From contig CAVRDY010000007.1 in the NCBI GenBank assembly GCA_963719935.1, forward strand, positions 16,335 to 80,334: DNA of 64,000 nucleotides. Direction: 5' to 3'. Each line of letters opens with the position of its first letter. Position 1 is the stretch's first letter. The notes beneath the pieces were generated by a model. The model ran no database searches and had not been told where the DNA came from. It saw only the letters and a program-made list of their open reading frames with translations. Made by a program: the position numbers and the translations under genes. Below are positions 46,301-54,491 of the stretch, piece after piece. This DNA comes from an uncultured Actinomycetes bacterium. Lineage in GTDB: Bacteria; Actinomycetota; Acidimicrobiia; Acidimicrobiales; CAVRDY01.

Positions 46301-47270
46301 TACCGTTACCGGGCTGCTCGTCGTTGCCGGTGTGGCTGTGGGCCCGCGCCAGCTCGCCGATCAGGCGGCCGGCCAGCTCCCGCCAGTCCGCGGACGCTGC
46401 GGTGGCACCCACGTAGTGCTCGATCACGACCTCGTCGGGCCGGGTGGCGCGCCGTGATGCCGCCCAGTGGGCCACCAGTGCCGAGGCCCCGGCGCCCGAT
46501 TCGCCGGTGACGACCAGCGGAGGTCCGGCCCCGTCGGCTTGTGCCTCGAGGCGGGCGGCCAGTGCGGGCCGGGCCACGAAGCCGGCGAAGCGGCTGGCGG
46601 CGAAGGCGGCGTGCTCGGCGGCGGCCCGGTCGAGGGGGTCGGGCAGGGAATGCTCGGGGTAGAGGCGGTCGACGAGGGCACTGAGGTCGGCCAGCACCTG
46701 GTCGCCCAGAGCCGCAGGATCGGGGTAGTCGCGCACTGGGTGCCCAGAGGTGCGGATGCGGTCCTTCAGCGCCTCGAGCTTCGCCACTCCCTCAGGGGTG
46801 TCCTCGAGGAAGAGGCCCTGCTCGTCGCCGGGCAGTCCCTCGACCCAGGCCGGGTCACGCAGATAGAAGAAGGCGTGGCCGGCGGCCTCGGGGTCGTTGA
46901 TGACGCCGTGGAGGATCTCCATCTCGGTGACCGAACGCCCGCGGGCGTCGGCCAGCCAGCCCAGCTCGGCGGCCAGGTCGGCGGGGATCTCGTCGGGGAC
47001 CCAGCCATAGCGTTGGCCCAGCAGGCCGATGAAGTACGGGCGGCTCCGTTCTATCTCTGCCAGGCAGATGGGCAGCACCGCCCCCTCGGCCTTCTGCTCG
47101 TCGGTGACCCCCCAGCGCAGGTCGACCTCGCTCCAGGTGACGCCCCGCTCCTCGCAGCGTCGGCGGACCTGGGGGAACACCCGCTTTACCAGCTCCTCGC
47201 GCTCGAGCTGCATGTCGCGGAACGTGGAGGAGATGAAGACCCGGATCACCCGGGGATCGGTGTCGCTCAC
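43393..47270 (-). pseudogene. DUF4062-NACHT-TPR STAND NTPase, split by a single frameshift (ORFs 45597..47468 and 43393..45720)
   Basis: Likely GTG start at 47270. DUF4062 hallmark IRVFISSTFRDMQLEREELVKRVFPQVRRRCEERGV. P-loop region PLVVTGESGAGASALV. Walker B RTVLVLDGVDRL. The winged-helix region continues across the frame change (..LLGPGDATPLP | RAVWSPLFLAAEQGLVTRAGLVGFGTEHLRRAV). It is followed by about 700 aa of TPR repeats. Confidence 0.8.
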
Positions 47271-47316
47271 CGCCAGATCCTCGCACCCCCGTCCGCCCCC
47301 TCGGTCAGAGAACGAG

Positions 47317-47541
47317 TCAATACCACCACATGTCGTGGCGCTTGCGTTCGCGCCGTACGTCTTTTGCGCCGAACTCGGTGGGTAGCTCCATCCCATCGGA
47401 GAGCCGGCGCAGCCGGTAGCCCGTGTCGGCGGTTGCGAGTACCTCGAAGCCGCGGGCCCAGGAGTCATCGAAGCGCTTGCGCACCTCCACCCGTGTGCCC
47501 GCCGGGAGGTCGAGTGCCAGCCGTGTCGCGACCTCGGTCAT
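47317..47541 (-). CDS. Small hypothetical protein (74 aa) between rnhB and the STAND gene
   Basis: The internal ATG at 47541 is preceded by ggggaaggggg. MTEVATRLALDLPAGTRVEVRKRFDDSWARGFEVL...KRHDMWWY. No family recognised. Confidence 0.45.
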   Translation of the reverse strand: MTEVATRLALDLPAGTRVEVRKRFDDSWARGFEVLATADTGYRLRRLSDGMELPTEFGAKDVRRERKRHDMWWY

Positions 47542-47706
47542 CTTCTGGCCCCCTTCCCCTGGGTAGTCGCCGTGATCCGCCTTGGTGCCGCCGATGACCA
47601 ATTGTCGACGGCACAGATGCCGAGGGCAAGGGGAGTGCCCGCAATTCTTCGTTCGCATCCGCTTGCAGGCGTGGATCTACAGCGCACAGCCCGAACTGGA
47701 GGCGGG

Positions 47707-48405
47707 TCAGGTGAACAGCTGTTGCTGGCCGGCGGGTGGGGTGCGGGGGCAGCCCGTCCAGGGCTGGTGGTCCATGAACACCCAGCTGCGGCGGTGGATG
47801 GCTGTGGGGCCCATGCCGGCCAGAGCCATCTGGTGGCGCGGGCAGGGGTAGCCCTTGTTGTGCTCGAAGTCGTAGCCGGGGTGATGGATCGCCTCGCCGC
47901 GCATGATCCGGTCGCGGGTCACCTTGGCGAGGATCGAAGCCGCGGCGATCGACAGGCACGTGGCGTCGCCCTTCACGATGCTCTCCGTGATCCCCCCGCC
48001 AACGAAGTCCCACGACCCGTCCACCAACACCCGGTCGGGTACGACTCCAAGCGCTTCGAGGGCGCGGCGGGCAGCCAGGCGTTGCGCGGCGGACATGCCG
48101 AGCGCGTCGCACTCGTCGTGGCTGGCATGTCCTACCGACCACGCCTCGCACCATCCCGCCACCCGGTCGAAGATCGCTTCCCGCTCGGCCTCGGTGAGCA
48201 TCTTGGAGTCGCGCAACTTGTAGACACGCCGCTCCGAGGGGATCACCGCGGCCCCGACCGTGAGGGGTCCCGCCCACGATCCCCGGCCCACCTCGTCCAC
48301 TCCCACGACCACGCGGTGACCGTCGGACCACAAAGCCTGTTCCCGTTGCCGCGACGGTGCCCGGTGGCGGAGAGCCTTGCGGAGCGGCGGGACCGTTGCG
48401 GCCAT
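47707..48405 (-). CDS. rnhB: Ribonuclease HII
   Basis: 232 aa. VVGVDEVGRGSWAGPLTVGA, DSKML and SIAAASILAKVTRD are RNase HII motifs. Confidence 0.9.
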   Translation of the reverse strand: MAATVPPLRKALRHRAPSRQREQALWSDGHRVVVGVDEVGRGSWAGPLTVGAAVIPSERRVYKLRDSKMLTEAEREAIFDRVAGWCEAWSVGHASHDECDALGMSAAQRLAARRALEALGVVPDRVLVDGSWDFVGGGITESIVKGDATCLSIAAASILAKVTRDRIMRGEAIHHPGYDFEHNKGYPCPRHQMALAGMGPTAIHRRSWVFMDHQPWTGCPRTPPAGQQQLFT

Positions 48406-48528
48406 TGCCGGGACCCTACCGGTCCGACCTGATCCGGGTGCGCTACCGTCGCCTCATGCGACTGGCGACCATGTCCAGGCCAACACCTGCGCGACCCGCG
48501 GTGGGTCACCCCCGCCACGTCATGGCCG

Positions 48529-48978
48529 TTGCGGGTCCCACCAGTTCGGGCCAGGTCACATCGACGTGCTCCCCAGCGCCCCTCCCGGGGGCTGGTGGCC
48601 GCCGCCCGGATCGTGGCCCGCACCGGCGCCGCCTGGTCGGTGGGCTCTGAGCGGTCATGGTTCTGTGTGGGCTCCCGCCGCAGCGCGCTGAGCGTGGGCT
48701 CGGCGCTGTCGGCAGGTTCGGTGCTGTCGGCGGCCTCGGTCCTGTCGGTGGGATCCCTGGGATCTGTGGCGTCGGCCGGATCCATCCTCTCCATCGCCTC
48801 CACCGGTTCGATCCTTTCGATCGGAGCCTCGGGCGGAGTGCTCCGGGTGGGAGGCCGCCGCCCCGGTCCATCCGGTGCCTCCGAAGGTGGGATGCAGGCC
48901 GACGAGGTGGTACGCAGGATCTCGGGTCTCGTCACGGTGGCCGCCATGGTGGGTGCCGCGCACCGCTCTGCTGCCTGA
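48529..48978 (+). CDS. Hypothetical protein with Ser/Leu/Gly hexad repeats (S-x-L-S-x-G/A); strand and frame uncertain
   Basis: The ORF reads ...SALSVGSALSAGSVLSAASVLSVGSLGSVASAGSILSIASTGSILSIGASGG... followed by the hydrophobic C-terminus ISGLVTVAAMVGAA. The competing minus-strand ORF 48243..48947 has similar codon-position GC. Confidence 0.3.
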   Translation: MRVPPVRARSHRRAPQRPSRGLVAAARIVARTGAAWSVGSERSWFCVGSRRSALSVGSALSAGSVLSAASVLSVGSLGSVASAGSILSIASTGSILSIGASGGVLRVGGRRPGPSGASEGGMQADEVVRRISGLVTVAAMVGAAHRSAA

Positions 48979-49042
48979 CCAACCGCTCACGCAGACGCTC
49001 CATCCTGTGTCCGGCTGTGGCGCTCGGGCGCGGACCTGGGCG

Positions 49043-51433
49043 ATGGCCTACGCTGGCGCCGTGTACTGGCGGCGGACGGGTCAGTTCCAGGCTTTGCGAG
49101 TTGTGCGGGTCCTCGTGGTGTTGGGGGCGGTGCTGACCGCGAGTGTGATGCCGGCCGCGTCTGTTCCGGGCGGTCACGTGACGGCGGGCGCTGAAGAACC
49201 TGGGGTGCGCTACCTGGATCACGTCTTCGCCGAGGTCGACAGCCAGTTCGACGTCGTCTACGGCGAGTCAATGGACGACGGGATCCTCACCGATCTGAAG
49301 ATGGACGTCTACCAGCCCCGCGGGGACACCCTCGAGCGGCGTCCCCTGCTCATCTGGATCCACGGCGGCACCTTCGTCACCGGCGACAAGAGCAGCCACC
49401 GAGACGAGGCCGCCGACTTCGCTCGCCGAGGCTACGTGAGCGCCACCATCAACTACCGCCTGGCCGAGGGAGCCCACTGGGAGGGGACCTCCCTCAGCGA
49501 CGTGCTCTCGGACTGGGACTTCATCGCGGCTGTGTATGAGGCGTTCAAGGATGCAGACCAGGCCCTTCAGTACTTCCACGACCACGCTGACGAGTGGGGC
49601 ATCGACCCCGACAGGATGTCGGTGGCGGGCTATTCGGCGGGGGCGGTCACGGCCATCAACACAGGTGTGATGCACGAGCGCCAGAAGGGGAACGGGGTGG
49701 CCCCCACCGACACCTCCGCGGTGACCGGCGCAGTGGTGTCCTTCGCCGGTCTGACCACCATGCTGTTCCCCGAACGGGGCGAGCCTGACATCCTCATGCT
49801 CCACGGCACCAAGGACAAGACCGTCTACTACGACGAGGCCGTGAACTTCTGCAACGGTGCCAACAGTCGCGGCGTGTACTGCGAGCTGCACTCCTTCGTC
49901 GGGGGAGCGCACGGCATCATCTCGGACTGGAACATCCTGCGCGACGAGACCGCCCAGTTCCTCTACGACCACGACATCGATCCGAGTCCCTGGATCGAGC
50001 GGGTCGCGCCCAACACCGGTCCGATCTCCGGTGGCTACCGGATCGAGGTGATAGGTCGGAACTTCACCGGCCTCGACACGGTCACCATCAACGGAGTGGC
50101 CACCGACTTCACCGTGGTGGACGACTACCACTTGTGGGCCACGGTGCCACCCATCGCCAACCCGTGGCTGGTCCACGTCCGGGTCACGAACCATCGGGGA
50201 AGCTCGCCGACCGGTTCCTGGACCTACTTCGGCTACCGGGCACCGACCCCGGGCCAGGGATCCCTGTCCGGGCAGGTCCGTGACCACGCTGGTGACCCCC
50301 TGCCGGGGGCCACGGTCCACATCGCCCGCAGCGACGGGACCGAAGAGGCGACCGCCACCACCGCGGCCGACGGCTCATGGGTGCTGCACCACCTGCCAGC
50401 GGTAGCCGCGCCCGATGGTTACCGGGTCGGCGTGGAGGCACCCGCCGGCCGGCCCGACGCCCCCGAGTGGTATCTGGACGCGCCCAGCTCCGATGCGGCC
50501 ACGCTGGTGCCCGTGCCCGATGGCGGGATCAGCTCGGGAATCGACGTCCAACTCGATGCCGGCACTGCGGCGGGCACGGTCGTGGGAGCGGAGGGGGTGC
50601 CCATCGAGGGTGCCGCGGTCAGCATCGTGGACGGCGAAGCGACCGTGGGTACCGCCACGAGCGCCGCCGACGGAACCTGGGAGCTGCTCGTGGCCCCAGG
50701 GTCCTACACCCTGGAGGTGACCCCGCCCGGTCACGTCGAAGAGCTGCACCGTGATCTGGCCCCCGGCACGACGGCGGGCGACGCCGTGGTCGTGACCGAC
50801 GGTGCCACCACGGTGGTCCCGGTGGTGGCCCAGCCCGTGTGCGCGCCGGTGCCGGTCTTCATCGACGTGGGTGCACCTGGAGCCGAGGCCAGCTGCGGTG
50901 AGATCGAGTGGATGGCCTCAGCAGGCATCACCACCGGTTTCGCGGACGGCACGTTCCGGCCCGAACAGGGTCTCACCCGTCAGGCGCTGATGGCCTTCTT
51001 GCACCGGCTCGCAGGTACACCCGAACCACCTGCCGATGCCCCGACCTTCACCGACGTCCAGGCCAACCATCCCTTCGCCGGGGCCATCGCCTGGGCGGCT
51101 TCGATGGGCATCACCACAGGTTTCGCCGACGGGACCTTCCGCCCCGCCACCCCTGTCACCCGCCAGGCATTCGCCGCCTTCATGCACCGCCTGGCCGGCA
51201 CCCCCGCCGGACCCCACGGCCCGCCCCTGCCCGCCGACCTGGCGCCCACCCACCCGTTCTTCGCCGAGCTGTCCTGGCTGAGCGACGGACGCTACGAGGC
51301 CCTCACCTGGGCGCCGACCTGGCCTGATCTCATGGGCGACGGGACGCTGTCGCCGTCGTCTGCGGTCGTGCGTCGCACCGTTGCGGCCGCCCTCTACCGG
51401 CTGGTGGCGGAGGGTCTCGTCGCCCCGGTCTGA
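49043..51433 (+). CDS. Secreted multidomain esterase: alpha/beta hydrolase + IPT/TIG + carboxypeptidase-regulatory-like repeats + C-terminal SLH domains
   Basis: In-frame ATG at 49043 with the hydrophobic signal VRVLVVLGAVLTASVMPAAS. Esterase motifs are LIWIHGGTF and GYSAGA. IPT/TIG: VAPNTGPISGGYRIEVIGRNFTG. Cna/CarboxypepD_reg-like: GSLSGQVRDHAGDPLPGATV. SLH-like: FIDV...IEWMASAGITTGFADGTFRP...LTRQALMAFLHRL and FTDV...IAWAASMGITTGFADGTFRP...VTRQAFAAFMHRL. Confidence 0.8.
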   Translation: MAYAGAVYWRRTGQFQALRVVRVLVVLGAVLTASVMPAASVPGGHVTAGAEEPGVRYLDHVFAEVDSQFDVVYGESMDDGILTDLKMDVYQPRGDTLERRPLLIWIHGGTFVTGDKSSHRDEAADFARRGYVSATINYRLAEGAHWEGTSLSDVLSDWDFIAAVYEAFKDADQALQYFHDHADEWGIDPDRMSVAGYSAGAVTAINTGVMHERQKGNGVAPTDTSAVTGAVVSFAGLTTMLFPERGEPDILMLHGTKDKTVYYDEAVNFCNGANSRGVYCELHSFVGGAHGIISDWNILRDETAQFLYDHDIDPSPWIERVAPNTGPISGGYRIEVIGRNFTGLDTVTINGVATDFTVVDDYHLWATVPPIANPWLVHVRVTNHRGSSPTGSWTYFGYRAPTPGQGSLSGQVRDHAGDPLPGATVHIARSDGTEEATATTAADGSWVLHHLPAVAAPDGYRVGVEAPAGRPDAPEWYLDAPSSDAATLVPVPDGGISSGIDVQLDAGTAAGTVVGAEGVPIEGAAVSIVDGEATVGTATSAADGTWELLVAPGSYTLEVTPPGHVEELHRDLAPGTTAGDAVVVTDGATTVVPVVAQPVCAPVPVFIDVGAPGAEASCGEIEWMASAGITTGFADGTFRPEQGLTRQALMAFLHRLAGTPEPPADAPTFTDVQANHPFAGAIAWAASMGITTGFADGTFRPATPVTRQAFAAFMHRLAGTPAGPHGPPLPADLAPTHPFFAELSWLSDGRYEALTWAPTWPDLMGDGTLSPSSAVVRRTVAAALYRLVAEGLVAPV

Positions 51434-51461
51434 TCGGGCCGGCGGCAGGCGGAGCCCGAGC

Positions 51462-52127
51462 TCAGCTGGCCCGCCGGCGCGACCGCCGGTCGGGGTCGGC
51501 CGGCCACTCGGAGAGCACCCGGGCCGGGAGTCGCGAGGCGAGGCCCTCGGCGGTGGCCAGCAGCCGCCCCAGGTCGTCGCCATCTCCCCGTTGGGTGATC
51601 CCCACCGCGTAAGGGCCGGAGAACGCGAATGTCCAGCCCCGGTGCGCAGCCAGGTACTCGCAGAGCTCGCTGGCCAGCAGGGCGGTGGTGAACTCGTGCT
51701 CGTGGCCCCGGCGTTCGCCGGGGGCGGGCTGGCCCGGACGGCGCTTGGGCACCAGCGAGGTTCCCGGCGTGTCCAACTCGAAGGTGGGCCAGTCCGCCGG
51801 GTAGCGGAGCACGAAGCCGGTGCGGGGCTCGGGCCGTTGTGTGCCGGCACGCTCGTCGAAGTCGAATATCGCAGCCGGCGTACCGTCGCTGAGTCGGCCG
51901 CCGAACACGTCGGCGACGCCGCCGGGATGGTCGAGGGTGCGCAGCACGACCAGCACAGCGGTGAGCTCTCGTTCACCGACTCCCACGGCGTGCTCGAAGC
52001 CGATGCGCTCACCGTGGGCGCGCATCCGGCGGAGGCGGGCCCGGGCCTCGCGCCGGTCGCGGAGGCCCACCTCCCACAGGCCGTAGGCCAACCCGCTGAA
52101 CACGATCATCCAGAGCCACACCGGCAC
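51462..52127 (-). CDS. Hypothetical protein with one N-terminal TM helix (start uncertain)
   Basis: ORF 51462..52244, trimmed to an in-frame GTG (VPVWLWMIVFSGLAYGLWEV...) to avoid overlap with the kinase gene. No family recognised. Confidence 0.4.
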   Translation of the reverse strand: MPVWLWMIVFSGLAYGLWEVGLRDRREARARLRRMRAHGERIGFEHAVGVGERELTAVLVVLRTLDHPGGVADVFGGRLSDGTPAAIFDFDERAGTQRPEPRTGFVLRYPADWPTFELDTPGTSLVPKRRPGQPAPGERRGHEHEFTTALLASELCEYLAAHRGWTFAFSGPYAVGITQRGDGDDLGRLLATAEGLASRLPARVLSEWPADPDRRSRRRAS

Positions 52128-52200
52128 GTGCCCATCCAATCGCACCCGGGGCACGCGTGGGTGGATGCTGTGTCTGGCCAACCGGTGGTCAGCCCGGTGG

Positions 52201-53560
52201 TCAGCCCGGTGGTGCGGGTAGGTGTATCGCCACGGTGGCGCCACCGCCGGGGGTTGTGGCCACCGAGACCGAGCCGCCGTGGGCCCGGGCCACCTGGTCG
52301 ACGATGGCCAGACCCAGGCCTGAGCCTGGAAGTGTGCGCGCGGTCTCCGCTCGGTAGAACCGGTCGAAAACCCTGGGGGCGTCCCCGGGAGCGATCCCCG
52401 GTCCGTGATCGGCGACGGCCAGGACGCACCCCCCGGTCCCCTCGGGAGTGACCGTGATGGTGACCGCTGTTCCTTCGGGGCTGAACTTCTGGGCGTTGTC
52501 GACCAGGTTCGACAGGGCGCGCTCCAGTAGCACCGGTGCTCCCCGGACCACCACCGCCCGCTCGTAGACGACCTCGACGGGCCGGTCGTAGCGGCGGCGG
52601 GCCCGGGAGGCGACCCGCTCGGCCAGCGTTCTCACCTCGACGTCCTCGTGCTCGGCTTCGCCGCCGGGGCTCTCGGTGGCCAGGTCGACCAGCTCGGTCA
52701 CCAGGGACGTGAGCTCCTCGAGTTCTGCTGCGGCGGCCTCCACCAGCTCCTGGCGCTGGGCGGACCCCAGCATGGGGGCACGGGCCAGCAGCTCCACGTT
52801 GGTCCGCAGGGTGGTGAGCGGAGTGCGCAGCTCGTGGCTGGCGTCCATGACCAGCTGCTGCTGCTGTTGGCGGCTCTCGGCCAGCGCCGCAGTCATGGTG
52901 GTGAAGCTGGCGGCCAGCCGGCCCACCTCGTCACGGCGGGTCTCGTCGCCCCGTGATCCGTCGATGACTTGGGGCGGCTCGGTGCCGGCGGCGATGGCCT
53001 CGGTGGCGGCGGTGAGACGCTCGATGGGACGCGTCAGTCGCCGGGCCACCAGCCACCCGACCGCCGCGGCAAGCCCGGTGGCCAGTACGGCGGTGATCCC
53101 CAGCCGGGTCCGCAAACCGGCGAGGGCGTCGTCGATCTCGTTGCGTGGCCGGGCCACCTGGACCGCACCGGTGTCGGTGGCGATGGTGTGCATCCGGTAG
53201 GCGGTGCCGGCCAACTCCACGTCGCGCACCACCGGTGGTCCCGGGGTCGACGCCCGTTCGCGGGTCGCGCTCGTCCACCGGGAGGGATCCCAGAGGGGAG
53301 CTGCCCCGGACCTCACCGCGGGCGTCGAGGATCTGGACGACGGTGCCGGGGGGCAGCACCGGGACCCCGGGCCGTGCCGGCCCCCCGGGCGCGGCGGGGG
53401 TGGGGGCCGGCGTCGGGATGGTGGCAGCGGCGCGCAGCGAGGCATCGAGTCCCGAGACCAGCTCCTCCTCGGTGGAGAGCCATGCCGCCCAGGAAACGGT
53501 GCCCACCGCGGCGGCCACCACGAGACCGACCACCAGAGCCAGCCGCCAGCGCAGACTCAC
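52201..53560 (-). pseudogene. Sensor histidine kinase (HAMP-HisKA-HATPase), interrupted by one frameshift near 53240-53250
   Basis: The N-terminal part is in ORF 52931..53560 (MSLRWRLALVVGLVVAAAVG...LGSLPVDERD). The rest is in ORF 52201..53445 (..PPVVRDVELAGTAYRMHTIA...HAMP...SHELRTPLTTL...NLVDNAQKFSP...DHGPGI...GSGLGLAIV). GTGA overlap with the response regulator stop. Confidence 0.8.
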
Positions 53561-54258
53561 GACTCTCGCAGCGTGTAGCCCACACCCCGCACGGTGTGCA
53601 ACAGCCGGTCCTCGCCGTCTGCCTCGGTCTTGCGGCGCAGGTAGCCGACGTACACGTCGAGGGACTTGGAGCCCGTCTCGAAGTCGTAGCCCCAGATGCG
53701 TTCGTAGATGACGTCGCGGGACAGCACCAGGCCGGCGTTGCGGGCCAGAAGCTCGAGCAGGTCGAACTCGAGCTTGGTGAGCGACACCTCTCGTGCGCCT
53801 CGCTGGACGCGCCGGGAGGTGGGGTCGATCACCAGGTCGCAGACGCGAAGGGGAGTGTCGCTGAGCGCAGCGGTCGGCCGGCGTAGCAGCGCCCGCACCC
53901 GGGCCAGCAGTTCGTCGAGAGCGAAGGGCTTGACCAGGTAGTCGTCGGCCCCGGCGTCGAGGCCTTCCACCCGGTCGGCGACGGTGTGGCGGGCCGTGAG
54001 CATGAGAACGGGGACGTGGAAGCCCCGCTGGCGTAGCAGTCGGCAGGCGGTCAGCCCGTCCACGTGGGGCATCGCCACGTCCAACACCACCAGGTCGGGG
54101 GCTTCCGCCACGACCTGTTCCAGGGCTTCGGCCCCGTCCCGGGCGAGCACCACCTGGTAGCCCTCGAAGCCCAGCACCCGAGCCAGGGATTCCCGCAGAG
54201 CCCTGTCATCCTCGGCCACCAGCACCCGGGCGGCGGCGTCGAGGGGGGTGGCGGTCAT
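53557..54258 (-). CDS. OmpR-family response regulator
   Basis: The in-frame ATG at 54258 gives 233 aa. VLVAEDDRALRESL...DLVVLDVAMPHVDG...LMLTAR...DDYLVKPF, plus the winged-helix C-terminus LTKLEFDLLELL...VRGVGYTL. Confidence 0.9.
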   Translation of the reverse strand: MTATPLDAAARVLVAEDDRALRESLARVLGFEGYQVVLARDGAEALEQVVAEAPDLVVLDVAMPHVDGLTACRLLRQRGFHVPVLMLTARHTVADRVEGLDAGADDYLVKPFALDELLARVRALLRRPTAALSDTPLRVCDLVIDPTSRRVQRGAREVSLTKLEFDLLELLARNAGLVLSRDVIYERIWGYDFETGSKSLDVYVGYLRRKTEADGEDRLLHTVRGVGYTLRES

Positions 54259-54491
54259 GCCCCCATGCTGGCAGGAGCGGGTAAGAGCGTGGTGAGAAGC
54301 GGGCGCCCGGCGACTCGCTCGCCAGGCGAGCCAGGCGGTGGCGGCAGGCCTGCGCGGCGGGTTTGGGGCGCAGGAAGTGACCGTTTCGGTGGACTTGTGC
54401 GCCGACTGGAGCCCGGCGCGGGCCTTGCCGGCACCCGGCACCCGATGCCCGGCGCGGCCCTTGCCGGCACCCGATGCCCGATGCGGAGCGG

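Noticed and set aside
48243-48947. 234-aa minus-strand ORF as a definite gene upstream of rnhB.
   Set aside because: Not rejected outright, but not called. It overlaps the rnhB start region in another frame, has no recognisable family, and competes with an equally plausible + strand ORF (see finding).
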